From assembly GCA_038150265.1 (NCBI GenBank), contig JAYOTF010000012.1, positions 1 to 45,153 of the forward strand: a stretch of 45,153 nucleotides of DNA, in the 5' to 3' direction. The stretch is from Deltaproteobacteria bacterium. Its GTDB lineage: Bacteria > SAR324 > NAC60-12. The notes under the pieces are model-generated. The model ran no database searches. It saw only the letters and a list, made by a program, of their open reading frames with translations, and had not been told where the DNA came from. Each line of letters starts with the position of its first letter. Within the stretch, counting starts at the first letter, position 1. This document shows, piece by piece, positions 28,409 to 37,275 of this stretch. The translations under genes and the position numbers were made by a program.

Positions 28409-29233
28409 ATGGAACAAGGAACTCTTGCTGGAACCATCCTCGCCTGGTTTCTGCTCATCCTGGCAATGGCCTTCGACTTCTCCACCTTTCAGGTGAAGTT
28501 GGGAAACATTGCCTACTTCGTGGACATTCCCTCGCTGCTGATCGTGTTCGGGGGAACCTTCGCCTCGGTGATGATCGCCAACAACATGGGGGATGCCAAG
28601 GGGCTGTTCGCATTTGTGGGCAAAACCTGGAAGCCCAACAACGTCCAGCTTGTTGAAACCCTGACGCTGATCGTCGACGTCGCCAAGATTGCCCGGAAGA
28701 ACATCCTCGCCATCGAAGACGCGCTGCCCAGCATCGAGAACCTCTACCTCCGCGGAGGCCTCCGCCTCGTGGTGGACCGGGTGGAACGCGACAGCATCGA
28801 GAGCATGCTGGCTCACGAAATGAAGTACACCATGGCCAACGAGGAAACGGCTCCGGCGGTGGTCGGGAGTGCCGCGTCCCTCTGTCCGGCGTGGGGCATG
28901 CTCGGGACCCTGGTCGGACTCGTCCTCCTCCTCCAGAACCTGGATGACCCGTCGGCCATCGGACCCGCCATGGCCGTGGCCCTGATTACCACCTTCTACG
29001 GATCCCTGTTCGCCAACACCATCTTCTCTCCAGCCAAGACCAAGCTGGAAATCTTCAACTCCGACAAGAAGGTGTTGATGGAGATGATCCGCGACGGCGT
29101 CCTCTACATTGAAGCTGGACAGCGTCCGGACTTCATTGAATCCGACTTGATGAACTACCTGCCTCCCGACAAGAAAGCCATGTACGAAGCCTTGAAGTTT
29201 GAAGGCGGCGGTGGCGGCGGCGAGGGCGGCTGA
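28409..29233 (+). CDS. motA: Flagellar stator A subunit (PomA/MotA family)
   Basis: 'DIPSLLIVFGGT', rotor-contact 'ARKNILAIED', 'PAWGMLGTLVGL', 'DDPSAIGPAMAVALITTFYG'. Confidence 0.95.
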   Translation: MEQGTLAGTILAWFLLILAMAFDFSTFQVKLGNIAYFVDIPSLLIVFGGTFASVMIANNMGDAKGLFAFVGKTWKPNNVQLVETLTLIVDVAKIARKNILAIEDALPSIENLYLRGGLRLVVDRVERDSIESMLAHEMKYTMANEETAPAVVGSAASLCPAWGMLGTLVGLVLLLQNLDDPSAIGPAMAVALITTFYGSLFANTIFSPAKTKLEIFNSDKKVLMEMIRDGVLYIEAGQRPDFIESDLMNYLPPDKKAMYEALKFEGGGGGGEGG

Positions 29234-29246
29234 TTAGGAGCCTCTC

Positions 29247-29903
29247 ATGGGTCAGATGATCGATGAGGAGGATTGCGAAGTTTGTGTGCCGTTTGACCAG
29301 GAGTGGATCTTTACCTACGGTGACCTGGTCACCCTGCTCATGTGCTTCTTCGTCCTCCTCTTCTCCATGTGCAAGATGGACGTGGAGAAGATTGACCAGA
29401 TTTCCGACAGTTTAAAAACCCAACCCCCCGGAAGCCCCTTCATCTTCAGTGGCCGCAGCTCCAACCTGGAGAAGGCCGCTCAGGAGTTGGAGAAGCTCGA
29501 CATGCCCGATGACGTCAACGTCAACGCCGGCAAGGACGGAGTTGAGGTGACGTTCAGCAAAATCGTCGCCTTCGACCTGGGCTCCATTGAGCTGAAGAAG
29601 GAAGCGCGGGACGCCATTGACCAGTCCCTCCCCATCATCGGAGGCCTGAACAACGACATCCTCATTGCTGGGCACACGGACGAGACCGATGCCAACCCGG
29701 ACTTCCCCTCGAACTGGGAGCTCTCCATTGCCCGGGCCGGTGTGATTGCCGACTACCTGGAGTCCAAGCAGATTCCCCGGAGCCGCATTCAGGTCGCCGG
29801 CTTTGGCAACTCGCGTCCCCGTTTTTACGCTGATACCTCCTACAAGCGAGGCCTCAACCGACGGGTTGAAGTCATCTTGCTGCCTGAAGATCAGGAACGC
29901 TGA
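29247..29903 (+). CDS. motB: Flagellar stator B subunit, copy 1 (PomB/MotB, OmpA-like domain)
   Basis: 'WIFTYGDLVTLLMCFFVLL' TM with catalytic Asp; 'GHTD', 'SNWELSIARA', 'NRRVEV'; AGGAG RBS upstream. Confidence 0.94.
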   Translation: MGQMIDEEDCEVCVPFDQEWIFTYGDLVTLLMCFFVLLFSMCKMDVEKIDQISDSLKTQPPGSPFIFSGRSSNLEKAAQELEKLDMPDDVNVNAGKDGVEVTFSKIVAFDLGSIELKKEARDAIDQSLPIIGGLNNDILIAGHTDETDANPDFPSNWELSIARAGVIADYLESKQIPRSRIQVAGFGNSRPRFYADTSYKRGLNRRVEVILLPEDQER

Positions 29904-30064
29904 GAACCCTTATCCGGAGCTGATGTCCTTATGGGACAGATGATCGACGAAGAAGATTGCGAAGTTTGTGTGCCCTTCGACCAGGAGTGGATCTTCACGT
30001 ATGGAGACCTCGTTACCCTGCTCATGTGCTTCTTCGTCCTCCTCTTCTCCATGTGCAAGATGGA
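29247..30064 (+). repeat. Direct repeat (~134 bp; 29247-29380 and 29931-30064) encoding the identical MotB N-terminus
   Basis: Codon-by-codon comparison of codons 1-44: 12 synonymous differences, no amino-acid changes; codons 29-44 are identical at DNA level. Confidence 0.9.
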
Positions 30065-30569
30065 GACGAAAAAATTCAAGAGTGTTGCCGAGAGCTTCAA
30101 GCCCCTTCCGGCGGGAACGCCCTTCATGAATGAAGGAAACGACTCGGTGGTGGAGCAGATCTCCAAGCAGGTGGAACAGGATGAGCTTGGAGAAAACACC
30201 AAGGTCACCGTTGAAGACAAGGGGGTCGTTGTGTCCTTCAGCGCCCAGGCCCTCTTTGAGGATGAATCCACCGACCTCACCCCCAAGGCCATTCAGGAAC
30301 TGACCCGGTTCTCACGCCTCGTGTTCCTCCTGCCCAACAAGCTGCAGGTGGAGGGACATACCGACAACCAGCCTCTGGAAAAGTGGGATTCCGACTGGGT
30401 CCTGTCCGGAGCCCGCGCCGCCAAGGTCGCCCGGTTCTTTGTCGAAAATGGAATGGATGCCGCCAAGATCACCCCCAAGGGCTTTGGCAGCACCCGCCCC
30501 AAGTTCAGCAACGATTCCCCCACCCAACGCCGGCTCAACAACCGGGTTGAGGTCATCGTCGTTCCCTAG
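29931..30569 (+). CDS. motB: Flagellar stator B subunit, copy 2
   Basis: Same N-terminal TM segment; 'VEGHTDN', 'LSGARA', 'NNRVEV'. Confidence 0.93.
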   Translation: MGQMIDEEDCEVCVPFDQEWIFTYGDLVTLLMCFFVLLFSMCKMETKKFKSVAESFKPLPAGTPFMNEGNDSVVEQISKQVEQDELGENTKVTVEDKGVVVSFSAQALFEDESTDLTPKAIQELTRFSRLVFLLPNKLQVEGHTDNQPLEKWDSDWVLSGARAAKVARFFVENGMDAAKITPKGFGSTRPKFSNDSPTQRRLNNRVEVIVVP

Positions 30570-30589
30570 CCCCTCTCCCCCTCCCTTTC

Positions 30590-32026
30590 GTGCCCCCTTC
30601 GCCCAAGCGGCTCACGGATGAGCAGCGTGCGATCCTCCATCACCGTTTTGCCCCGGAAGAGGTCGTCAAGGTCCTTGCCTTTGCCGGTACCGGGAAGACG
30701 ACCACCCTGCTCCACTTTGCCCGCTCACGCCCCTCCTGGCGCTTCCTCTACGTGGCCTTCAACCGCTCCGTCCAGGAGCACGCCGGACGGGTCTTTCCGG
30801 AACACGTCGAGTGCCGAACCGTCCACAGCCTCGCCTGGAATGCCACCGGTTGGCGCTTCCGGCACAAGCTCGCTCCCCGCCTGCACGTCAACACCACCAT
30901 GAAGGCGCTGGGCTGGAAGCAACCCGTTCCCACGCGACTGGCCATTGAGACGTTGCAGAACTTCCTGGTCTCCGGAGACGTTCGGGTCCACAGCGCTCAC
31001 ATCCCCTCCACCGCCTATGGCATCTTCCGGAAGCAGGTCATGCCGGATTTTGTGCAGATGGCGCGCGAGCTGTGGGTCCTGATGAGCGATCCGCAGTGCC
31101 TGGAAATCCCGATGCTGCACGACGGCTACCTCAAGCTGTTTCAGCTGGCGGAGCCCCGCTTGCCCTATGACTGCATCCTCCTCGATGAAGCCCAGGACAC
31201 CAACCCCGTCACCGCCTCGCTGATCCTGCAGCAGCCCGCCTGCAAGCTCGTGGTGGGAGACCCGCATCAGGCGATTTATCAGTTCCGAGGCGCCGTGGAC
31301 CTCATGACCGAGCTGTCGGCTCAGGCCCTCTTCCACCTCACCGCCTCCTTCCGGTTTGGTCCCAGGGTGGCTCAGGCCGCCAGCGACCTGCTCTGGACCT
31401 TCAAGGGCGAGTCCATGCGGATTCGGGGCTTCCGGGAGGGCGACCGCCTGGGGCCGGTTTCACGGTCGCATACCATCATTGCCCGCACCAACGCCGGGCT
31501 GTTTGACGAGACGGTGGAGCTGCCCCGGACCACGCCCCTGGCCTTTGTCGGCGGGATCGCCGGATACCGCTTCGGCCTGCTTGAGGAAACCTGGCACCTG
31601 TGGAAGGGCAACAACCGCAAGCTCCGAGACCCCCTTCTGAAGGCCTTTACCGATTTTCCGGAATTGAAGGATTATGCAGAAAACGTGGAGGATCACGAAC
31701 TCCTCAGCCGCTGCCGGCTGGTGGAGAAGTACCGGCGGGACCTGCCGGCACTTTTGGAGGAATTGCAAAAGCGCGTCACCGAGCCCGAGGCGGCCGAGGT
31801 CTTGCTAACCACCGCCCACAAAGCCAAGGGGCTCGAGTTTCCGAAGGTGCGCATGGCTGATGACTTCACGCCTCTCGTCAAGTCAGGAAAGCCACTGGGG
31901 CCGGAAGACCTGGCGGTGGAGGAGATCAACCTCTGCTACGTTGCCATGACCCGCGCTGAACAGCGGCTGCAGCCCAACAACCGGCTCGAGACCTTCCTCA
32001 AGTGGCGGAAGGAAAAAGACGCCTGA
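30590..32026 (+). CDS. UvrD/Rep-family (FBH1-like) SF1 3'-5' DNA helicase
   Basis: Q-motif 'LTDEQ', Walker A 'AFAGTGKTT', 'AFN', 'TVHS', 'LDEAQD', 'VGDPHQAIYQFRGA', 'SFRFG', 'TAHKAKGLEF', 'YVAMTRA'. Confidence 0.93.
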   Translation: MPPSPKRLTDEQRAILHHRFAPEEVVKVLAFAGTGKTTTLLHFARSRPSWRFLYVAFNRSVQEHAGRVFPEHVECRTVHSLAWNATGWRFRHKLAPRLHVNTTMKALGWKQPVPTRLAIETLQNFLVSGDVRVHSAHIPSTAYGIFRKQVMPDFVQMARELWVLMSDPQCLEIPMLHDGYLKLFQLAEPRLPYDCILLDEAQDTNPVTASLILQQPACKLVVGDPHQAIYQFRGAVDLMTELSAQALFHLTASFRFGPRVAQAASDLLWTFKGESMRIRGFREGDRLGPVSRSHTIIARTNAGLFDETVELPRTTPLAFVGGIAGYRFGLLEETWHLWKGNNRKLRDPLLKAFTDFPELKDYAENVEDHELLSRCRLVEKYRRDLPALLEELQKRVTEPEAAEVLLTTAHKAKGLEFPKVRMADDFTPLVKSGKPLGPEDLAVEEINLCYVAMTRAEQRLQPNNRLETFLKWRKEKDA

Positions 32027-32032
32027 AGGCGC

Positions 32033-34123
32033 CTAAAACTTCTCTGGAAACGCCTGAGCCTGCTCATCTTCGGGATTGGCGGCGACCACGGCCTGGATGA
32101 AGCGGTTGAAGGCGTCGAGGTACTCCACCTCAATCACAAACACGTCGATCAGGTAAAACCCACTGTTGTCCGAGTAGTAGTTGTCCGGAGGCGGGTAGCT
32201 CGACCAGTCTCGGACCACCATCTTCAACTCGCCAATTTCCTGAATCGAGAGCTGGGCCAGCGATCCCTGGCCAGAACGGTTGAACCACAGCCCCTTGTGG
32301 TGAACGACGTCCTCCCCAATGCTCACGGCCACGCGTCCCCGTTGCAGGTCCTGAGGCCCCCGTTGCCGGCACCCGGATCCCGGGCAAGTCGTCACCTGGC
32401 CGGTTCCGAAGATGAGCACAAAGTCTCCGTAATTCAGCTTCAGGTCCGTTCCCAACCACGGGCGCTGGCTGCCGTTGAGCTTCACCCGCCGGTACGCCTT
32501 CACGTGAAACCCCCGATCGTACTCCGGAAAGACCAGGGGGTCCGGACAGTTGAAGGCCAGGAAGCCACACCCCACGGTCTCGCGACTGGTCCGTTCGGCT
32601 TCTTTGTAGAGGGCCTCAAACCGCCGGCGCGTCTGAACGTCCATCAGCGGGCGCTCCGGCTCCACAGCCACCTTCGGTGCAGGCTCCGGAGCCTGGCGCT
32701 TCTTCAGGCTCAGCCGGGCCTGCTTGACCTGCTCCTGCGCCCAGGAAAAACTCTGGTACCGGTCAATGAAGGCCGTGTACTTTTCATCTGAGGCGTTGAA
32801 CTGCAGCTCCAGGTACTCGAACTGCATCCGCGCCTCTCGTGCCGACACACCCGAGGCCGACGGCTCTCCCGGAGAGGGCTCCCCTCGGAGCTTGGCCAGC
32901 CCGTCTCGCGCCACCTTCACCTCGTCAGCGGCCCAGGAAAAGCTCTGGTAGCGCGCAATGAAGGCCGCATACTTTTCTTCGTTGGCTCCAAATGACAGGT
33001 TCATGTACTCCTGCTGCATCTGCGCCTCCCGCTTCGTGAAGGCCTCAGAAGCCACCGCCGGAGGCTCCGGCGCCGGTTTGGGCGCTGGAGCGGGTTTGGG
33101 GGCCGATGCGGGCTTGGCCTGCCGACGTTCCAGCATCCGCTTCTTCAACTCGGCCACCCGACGCAGGGAACTCTCCGGAAACGACTCCAGAAAGAAGGCG
33201 AGGTCCTCCGGATTTTCCGATTCCTTCACCAACTCCCACGCCTCCTCGTCTGGACGGTACTGACTGGGCGGCTCACTGGGCTCTGGGGCCGGTTCCACCC
33301 GGGCCACCGCCACAGGCTCGGGCGCCTGACGTGGGTTGAAGTAGAAATCGCCCGTCAGCGAAGACGCATCCCAGGGAATCTGAGCCCCGCTGCTTTTTTC
33401 CTGCACCGTGGCCCGGACCTGCTTGAAGACGTCTTCCAGCTTCAGGTTGGGTTGTTGAATGAGCCGCACCAGCTCTCCGGTGTAAAGGCCGTTGCTGCCC
33501 TCACCATCGGACGCCACCGAGCCGGGGGCCGTCGCATAGGAAATGAAGGTGCCGGAAGGAGCGTTGAGCGTCGCCAGGCCCTGAGAGGCGCTCCGGAAGC
33601 TGCGGGCAAAGGGGTTGTTGCGGCAGGCGTCCAGGATGACGATGTTCATGCCGTTGCGCGCCGCCTCCATCTTGGCCAACACCCGCCCCACGTTCACCGA
33701 CTCGTACTCCACATCCTCTTCCGCGCTCAGCTGGGCGGTCACTGGAACCATGTAGTTCTCACCCTCCACCTGAATGCCGTGCCCCGAGTAGTAAAACAGC
33801 CCCACGCCTCCTTCGCGCAGCGCCTTCCCAAACTCGTCAATGGCTCGCTTCATCTCCACCTGCTTCGCGTTTTCCAGCAGCCGGACCTGAAACCCCACCT
33901 GCTTCAGAGCCGTTGCCATCGAGCGCGCATCGTTGAGCGGATTCTTCAGCGGAGCGGTCAGGTAATCCTCATTCCCGATGATGAGGGCATGGCGCTGGGT
34001 TCCGGAGGGTGCCGGCTCTGGAACCTGGGCAATGCCGCGCTGGGTCTGCGCATTGGCCACCGAGGCCAGCACTCCGACCATCCAGGCCAGGGCAATCAGG
34101 AAAGACAGGGGTTTCATCTGCAT
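32033..34123 (-). CDS. Secreted caspase-family (peptidase C14) protein with helical repeats and a LecA-like C-terminal domain
   Basis: Signal peptide; 'ALIIGNEDY', 'LKNPLNDA', 'FYYSGHG', 'ILDACRNNPF'; two ~48-aa repeats; C-terminal 'YSDNSGFYLIDV'. Confidence 0.9.
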   Translation of the reverse strand: MQMKPLSFLIALAWMVGVLASVANAQTQRGIAQVPEPAPSGTQRHALIIGNEDYLTAPLKNPLNDARSMATALKQVGFQVRLLENAKQVEMKRAIDEFGKALREGGVGLFYYSGHGIQVEGENYMVPVTAQLSAEEDVEYESVNVGRVLAKMEAARNGMNIVILDACRNNPFARSFRSASQGLATLNAPSGTFISYATAPGSVASDGEGSNGLYTGELVRLIQQPNLKLEDVFKQVRATVQEKSSGAQIPWDASSLTGDFYFNPRQAPEPVAVARVEPAPEPSEPPSQYRPDEEAWELVKESENPEDLAFFLESFPESSLRRVAELKKRMLERRQAKPASAPKPAPAPKPAPEPPAVASEAFTKREAQMQQEYMNLSFGANEEKYAAFIARYQSFSWAADEVKVARDGLAKLRGEPSPGEPSASGVSAREARMQFEYLELQFNASDEKYTAFIDRYQSFSWAQEQVKQARLSLKKRQAPEPAPKVAVEPERPLMDVQTRRRFEALYKEAERTSRETVGCGFLAFNCPDPLVFPEYDRGFHVKAYRRVKLNGSQRPWLGTDLKLNYGDFVLIFGTGQVTTCPGSGCRQRGPQDLQRGRVAVSIGEDVVHHKGLWFNRSGQGSLAQLSIQEIGELKMVVRDWSSYPPPDNYYSDNSGFYLIDVFVIEVEYLDAFNRFIQAVVAANPEDEQAQAFPEKF

Positions 34124-34150
34124 GACAACAAGTTCGAGTAGCAGGAACGT

Positions 34151-35530
34151 TCAACGAGTCAGGGCCTGCAGGCGCGCCTGGGCCCGCTTCACATAAAACT
34201 GGGCTTCTTCCTGTGCCGCGTACTGCCGAATGAACGACCGGTACGCCAGGGCGCTCCCACTCCGGACCACCTCCTCGTAGGCCTCACGAGCCGCTTCACG
34301 CCGAGAGGCCGACGCCGAGGCTCCAGAAGTTTGGGCTTCCGCCAGTTGCGACCGGGCCCGCTTCACGTAAAACGCAGCTTCCGGGACCGTTTCATACTGC
34401 CTGATGAATTTCCGAATTGCCAGCGGACTTCCTTCAGCAACCGCCTGTTCGTAAGCCTTGAGGCTCTGGGCCCGACGGGACACTTCCTGTCCGGAAGCCG
34501 TCACAGGAAACGGTGGCGCAATTTCCACCGGTGGCTCTGCCCGAAGGGACGCCTGCCGCTCTTGCTCCAGAAGCGCCAACCGCAACCGGGCCGCCTGGGC
34601 CAGGGGGCTGGCAGGAAAGCTCCTGAGGAAGAGCCAGAAGTCTTCCGGATTGGAAGAGTCCTTGATCATCGCCCACGACTCCTGATCCGCCTGAAACCGT
34701 TGGTGCAACGCGGGCAGTTGCTCGGAGGTGTGGACCGAAGCCTCCGCAGGCCGGAAGTAAAAATCGCCCGTCAGCGACGACGCCTCCCAGGGAATTTGCG
34801 TGTGGTTGCTCTTCTGCTGCACGGCCCGCCGCACCCGCTTGAAGACGTCTTCCACCTTCAGTCCGGGGGTTTCCAGCTGTTCAATCAATTCCCCGGTGAA
34901 GAGCCCGGTCCGCCCCGCCCCATCGGATGCCACGGCGCCTGGAGCTGTCGCGTAGGCAATGAAGGTTCCGGAAGGTGCCTTCAGCATCGCCAGGCCCTGA
35001 GCCGCACTCCGGAAGCTCCGGGCATACGGATTGTTGCGGCAGGCATCCAGGATGACCAGGTTCATGGCATTCTGCGCCGTTGCCATCTTTGCCAGCACGC
35101 GGCCCACCTCCACCGATTCGTATTCCACATCCGCTTCAGCAGCAATCTCGGCATCGACTGGAATGAGGTAGTTCCGTCCCTCCACCTGCATGCCATGTCC
35201 GGAGTAGTAAAACAGCCCCACGCTTCCTGGTTGCAGACGTTGGCCAAACTGATCAATCGCCTGCTTCAGCTCCTTCTGAGAAGCCTCCAGCAGCAACTCC
35301 ACGTCAAACCCGACGCGACGCAGCGTTGCCGCCATGGCTCGCGCATCGTTGACCGGATTCCGTAAGGGCGCTGAGGCGTAGCGGCTATTTCCCACCACCA
35401 GGGCCGTACGGGGCCCGGCTCCGGAAGGGGCTTCATCGCTCCGGACAATCCCGCGGGAAGTCTGAGCGCTTCCGGAGCCTCCCAACAGCCCCAGCAGAAC
35501 CGTCAGCCCAATCAGTTGTTTCCACAGCAT
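34151..35530 (-). CDS. Secreted caspase-family (peptidase C14) protein, paralogue (~459 aa)
   Basis: Start MLWKQ at 35530 with a GGAGA RBS; signal peptide; 'ALVVGNSRY', 'FYYSGHG', 'ILDACRNNPY'; C-terminal repeats 'FIRQY...FYVKRA'. Confidence 0.9.
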   Translation of the reverse strand: MLWKQLIGLTVLLGLLGGSGSAQTSRGIVRSDEAPSGAGPRTALVVGNSRYASAPLRNPVNDARAMAATLRRVGFDVELLLEASQKELKQAIDQFGQRLQPGSVGLFYYSGHGMQVEGRNYLIPVDAEIAAEADVEYESVEVGRVLAKMATAQNAMNLVILDACRNNPYARSFRSAAQGLAMLKAPSGTFIAYATAPGAVASDGAGRTGLFTGELIEQLETPGLKVEDVFKRVRRAVQQKSNHTQIPWEASSLTGDFYFRPAEASVHTSEQLPALHQRFQADQESWAMIKDSSNPEDFWLFLRSFPASPLAQAARLRLALLEQERQASLRAEPPVEIAPPFPVTASGQEVSRRAQSLKAYEQAVAEGSPLAIRKFIRQYETVPEAAFYVKRARSQLAEAQTSGASASASRREAAREAYEEVVRSGSALAYRSFIRQYAAQEEAQFYVKRAQARLQALTR

Positions 35531-35669
35531 CTTGTCTCCTTTTCCCCAGGTTCCGGAGGAGCTCGGAACGGTTTGGTTTTCGGCCCCTCCTGATTCAGCA
35601 ACAGGCATCCTTCCAGACGGACCAACCCTGTTTTTGCAAAACCGGCCCCTGCGGCAGGGTCAAGCCGCG

Positions 35670-36152
35670 TCAGAACTGCTGGAGCCACGCCTGAAGCTGT
35701 TGGCGAACGGGTTCCGCCAGGACGCCTTCGACGACCTCGACCCCGGCGTCCTCAAGGATGGCCACTCCGGCGCCGTTGACCCGAGGATGCGGGTCTCGAA
35801 TGCCCAGCACCACCCGGGAGATGCCAGAGGCAGCAATGGTCTCCGCACAAGCCGGAGTCCGCCCAACAAACGCGCACGGCTCCAGCGTACAGTAAAGCGT
35901 GGCTCCCTCCAGCGGCAGGTTCTGCTCCTGTGCCTGCCGGATGGCCGAGGCTTCTGCATGATCCTCACCTGGAGCGTGCGTGTGTCCGGAAGCCAGCAGG
36001 GTGCCTTCCCGAACAATCACACAGCCCACCCACGGGTTGTCTCCGGTGAGGCCACGGGCCTGTTCCGCCTGCTCCATGGCCACGCGCATCCATGCCTCTG
36101 CGCCGGCGCCCGCCATTTCTCCGGAGGCGGGTCTGGTTAATTGTCCTTTCAT
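35670..36152 (-). CDS. ribD: Diaminohydroxyphosphoribosylaminopyrimidine deaminase (RibD deaminase domain only); start may be 36116
   Basis: 'NPWVGCVIV', 'HAE', 'GATLYCTLEPC...GRTPAC', 'DPHPRVNGAG'; ends without a reductase domain. Confidence 0.85.
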   Translation of the reverse strand: MKGQLTRPASGEMAGAGAEAWMRVAMEQAEQARGLTGDNPWVGCVIVREGTLLASGHTHAPGEDHAEASAIRQAQEQNLPLEGATLYCTLEPCAFVGRTPACAETIAASGISRVVLGIRDPHPRVNGAGVAILEDAGVEVVEGVLAEPVRQQLQAWLQQF

Positions 36153-36176
36153 TTCAGTCCCATTGAGGAGTCTTTC

Positions 36177-36205
36177 TTGAAGAATCTGCAGGTATCCGCT
36201 AAAAC
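36177..36205 (+). promoter_or_regulatory. Putative sigma70 promoter of the DUF4340 operon
   Basis: TTGAAG-N17-TAAAAC in the AT-rich divergent intergenic gap. Confidence 0.35.
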
Positions 36206-36264
36206 ACCAAAGTGCTGACCTTCCTTATTGGATTTTTTCAACCTGATCACCCTTGCATGTCGCC

Positions 36265-37275
36265 ATGCTGAAAAACATCTTCATTGCTGCCGTGTTCCTC
36301 AGTGGAATCAGTGGGTTCCTCTGGTACAACCACCAATCCCCCCAAGCCTCCAACGCCTCCTTGAGTGGAACCGCGCTTCTGCCCAACTTCTCGGAAACCG
36401 AGCTGGCCCGGATCCACATCCAGGGCAAGCAGGACATTGAGCTGCGCCGTGAGACCCACGGCTGGGTGTGGAATCAGGAGCACTACCCGGCCGACCCAAC
36501 AGGGTTGCGGCAACTGCTGCTCAAGCTCTCGGAACGTCCGGTGGGCGACCTCATTACCAACAACCCGGAGCGGGCAGCCCTCTTTCAGCTCAAGGAGCCC
36601 CAGGCCAACGCCTGGAAGGACGGCGAGGATGCCGTCCGCCTGCAGCTCCTGAAGCAAGACGGCAGCGCCCTGCTGGACGTGCTCCTCGGCAAGAACCAGA
36701 CCGACGCTCAGGGACAGTACATCCGCCTCGCGTCCTCTTCCGAAATTTACGTCTATCCCGAAAAGCTCCCGGTTCCGGACAACCCGCAGGAGTGGCTCGA
36801 TCGCCAGCTGTTCGACTTTCCTGCCGGCCTCGTCACGCAGCTGACCTTCACCACTCCCGACAAGGACATCCTCCCCCTGCAAAAGGTCCAGGGCCAGTGG
36901 ACCCTTGCCGGGGGCACGGAAGCCATCAACCAGCAGGTCGTGGAAAATGCCCTGTCCACGCTTGCGTCCCTGGAGTTTGCCGAGGTGCTGCCTCAGGACA
37001 CCCCAGACGCCAACCTGCACCTGGACCAGGCCAGCGAAATTGTCGCCGAGCTGAAGGACGGGCGCTCCCTCTTCCTGACCCTGGCTGAAAAGGAAATGAC
37101 CAGCGGCAACCATGCGGTCCGCCTCAGCATTGAGCAGACCTCAACCGACAACGAAACCCTGAATCAGTCGGTTCAGGCCCTCCGGCAGCGCATCTCCGGA
37201 CGCTCCTTTACCCTCAAGTCCTGGGACGCCACTGACCTCCTGCAGACACGAGGTGACCTCCTGGAGAAAAAATGA
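36265..37275 (+). CDS. DUF4340 domain membrane-anchored periplasmic protein
   Basis: N-terminal anchor (MLKNIF...); 'W...YPAD', 'LLLKLSE', 'VLLGK...QYIR', 'EWLDRQL'; internal duplication. Confidence 0.78.
   Translation: MLKNIFIAAVFLSGISGFLWYNHQSPQASNASLSGTALLPNFSETELARIHIQGKQDIELRRETHGWVWNQEHYPADPTGLRQLLLKLSERPVGDLITNNPERAALFQLKEPQANAWKDGEDAVRLQLLKQDGSALLDVLLGKNQTDAQGQYIRLASSSEIYVYPEKLPVPDNPQEWLDRQLFDFPAGLVTQLTFTTPDKDILPLQKVQGQWTLAGGTEAINQQVVENALSTLASLEFAEVLPQDTPDANLHLDQASEIVAELKDGRSLFLTLAEKEMTSGNHAVRLSIEQTSTDNETLNQSVQALRQRISGRSFTLKSWDATDLLQTRGDLLEKK

Noticed and set aside
28409..32026. motA-motB-motB followed by a helicase, resembling a Zorya anti-phage system
   Set aside because: MotA is a 274-aa flagellar type with rotor-contact residues and no long ZorA tail. 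The helicase is SF1 UvrD-like rather than the SF2 ZorD type, and there is no ZorC or ZorE.
30590..35530. Caspase-like genes plus helicase as a cell-death defence locus
   Set aside because: The caspases are secreted and convergent to the helicase. No gasdermin, NLR, CBASS or CRISPR components are present.
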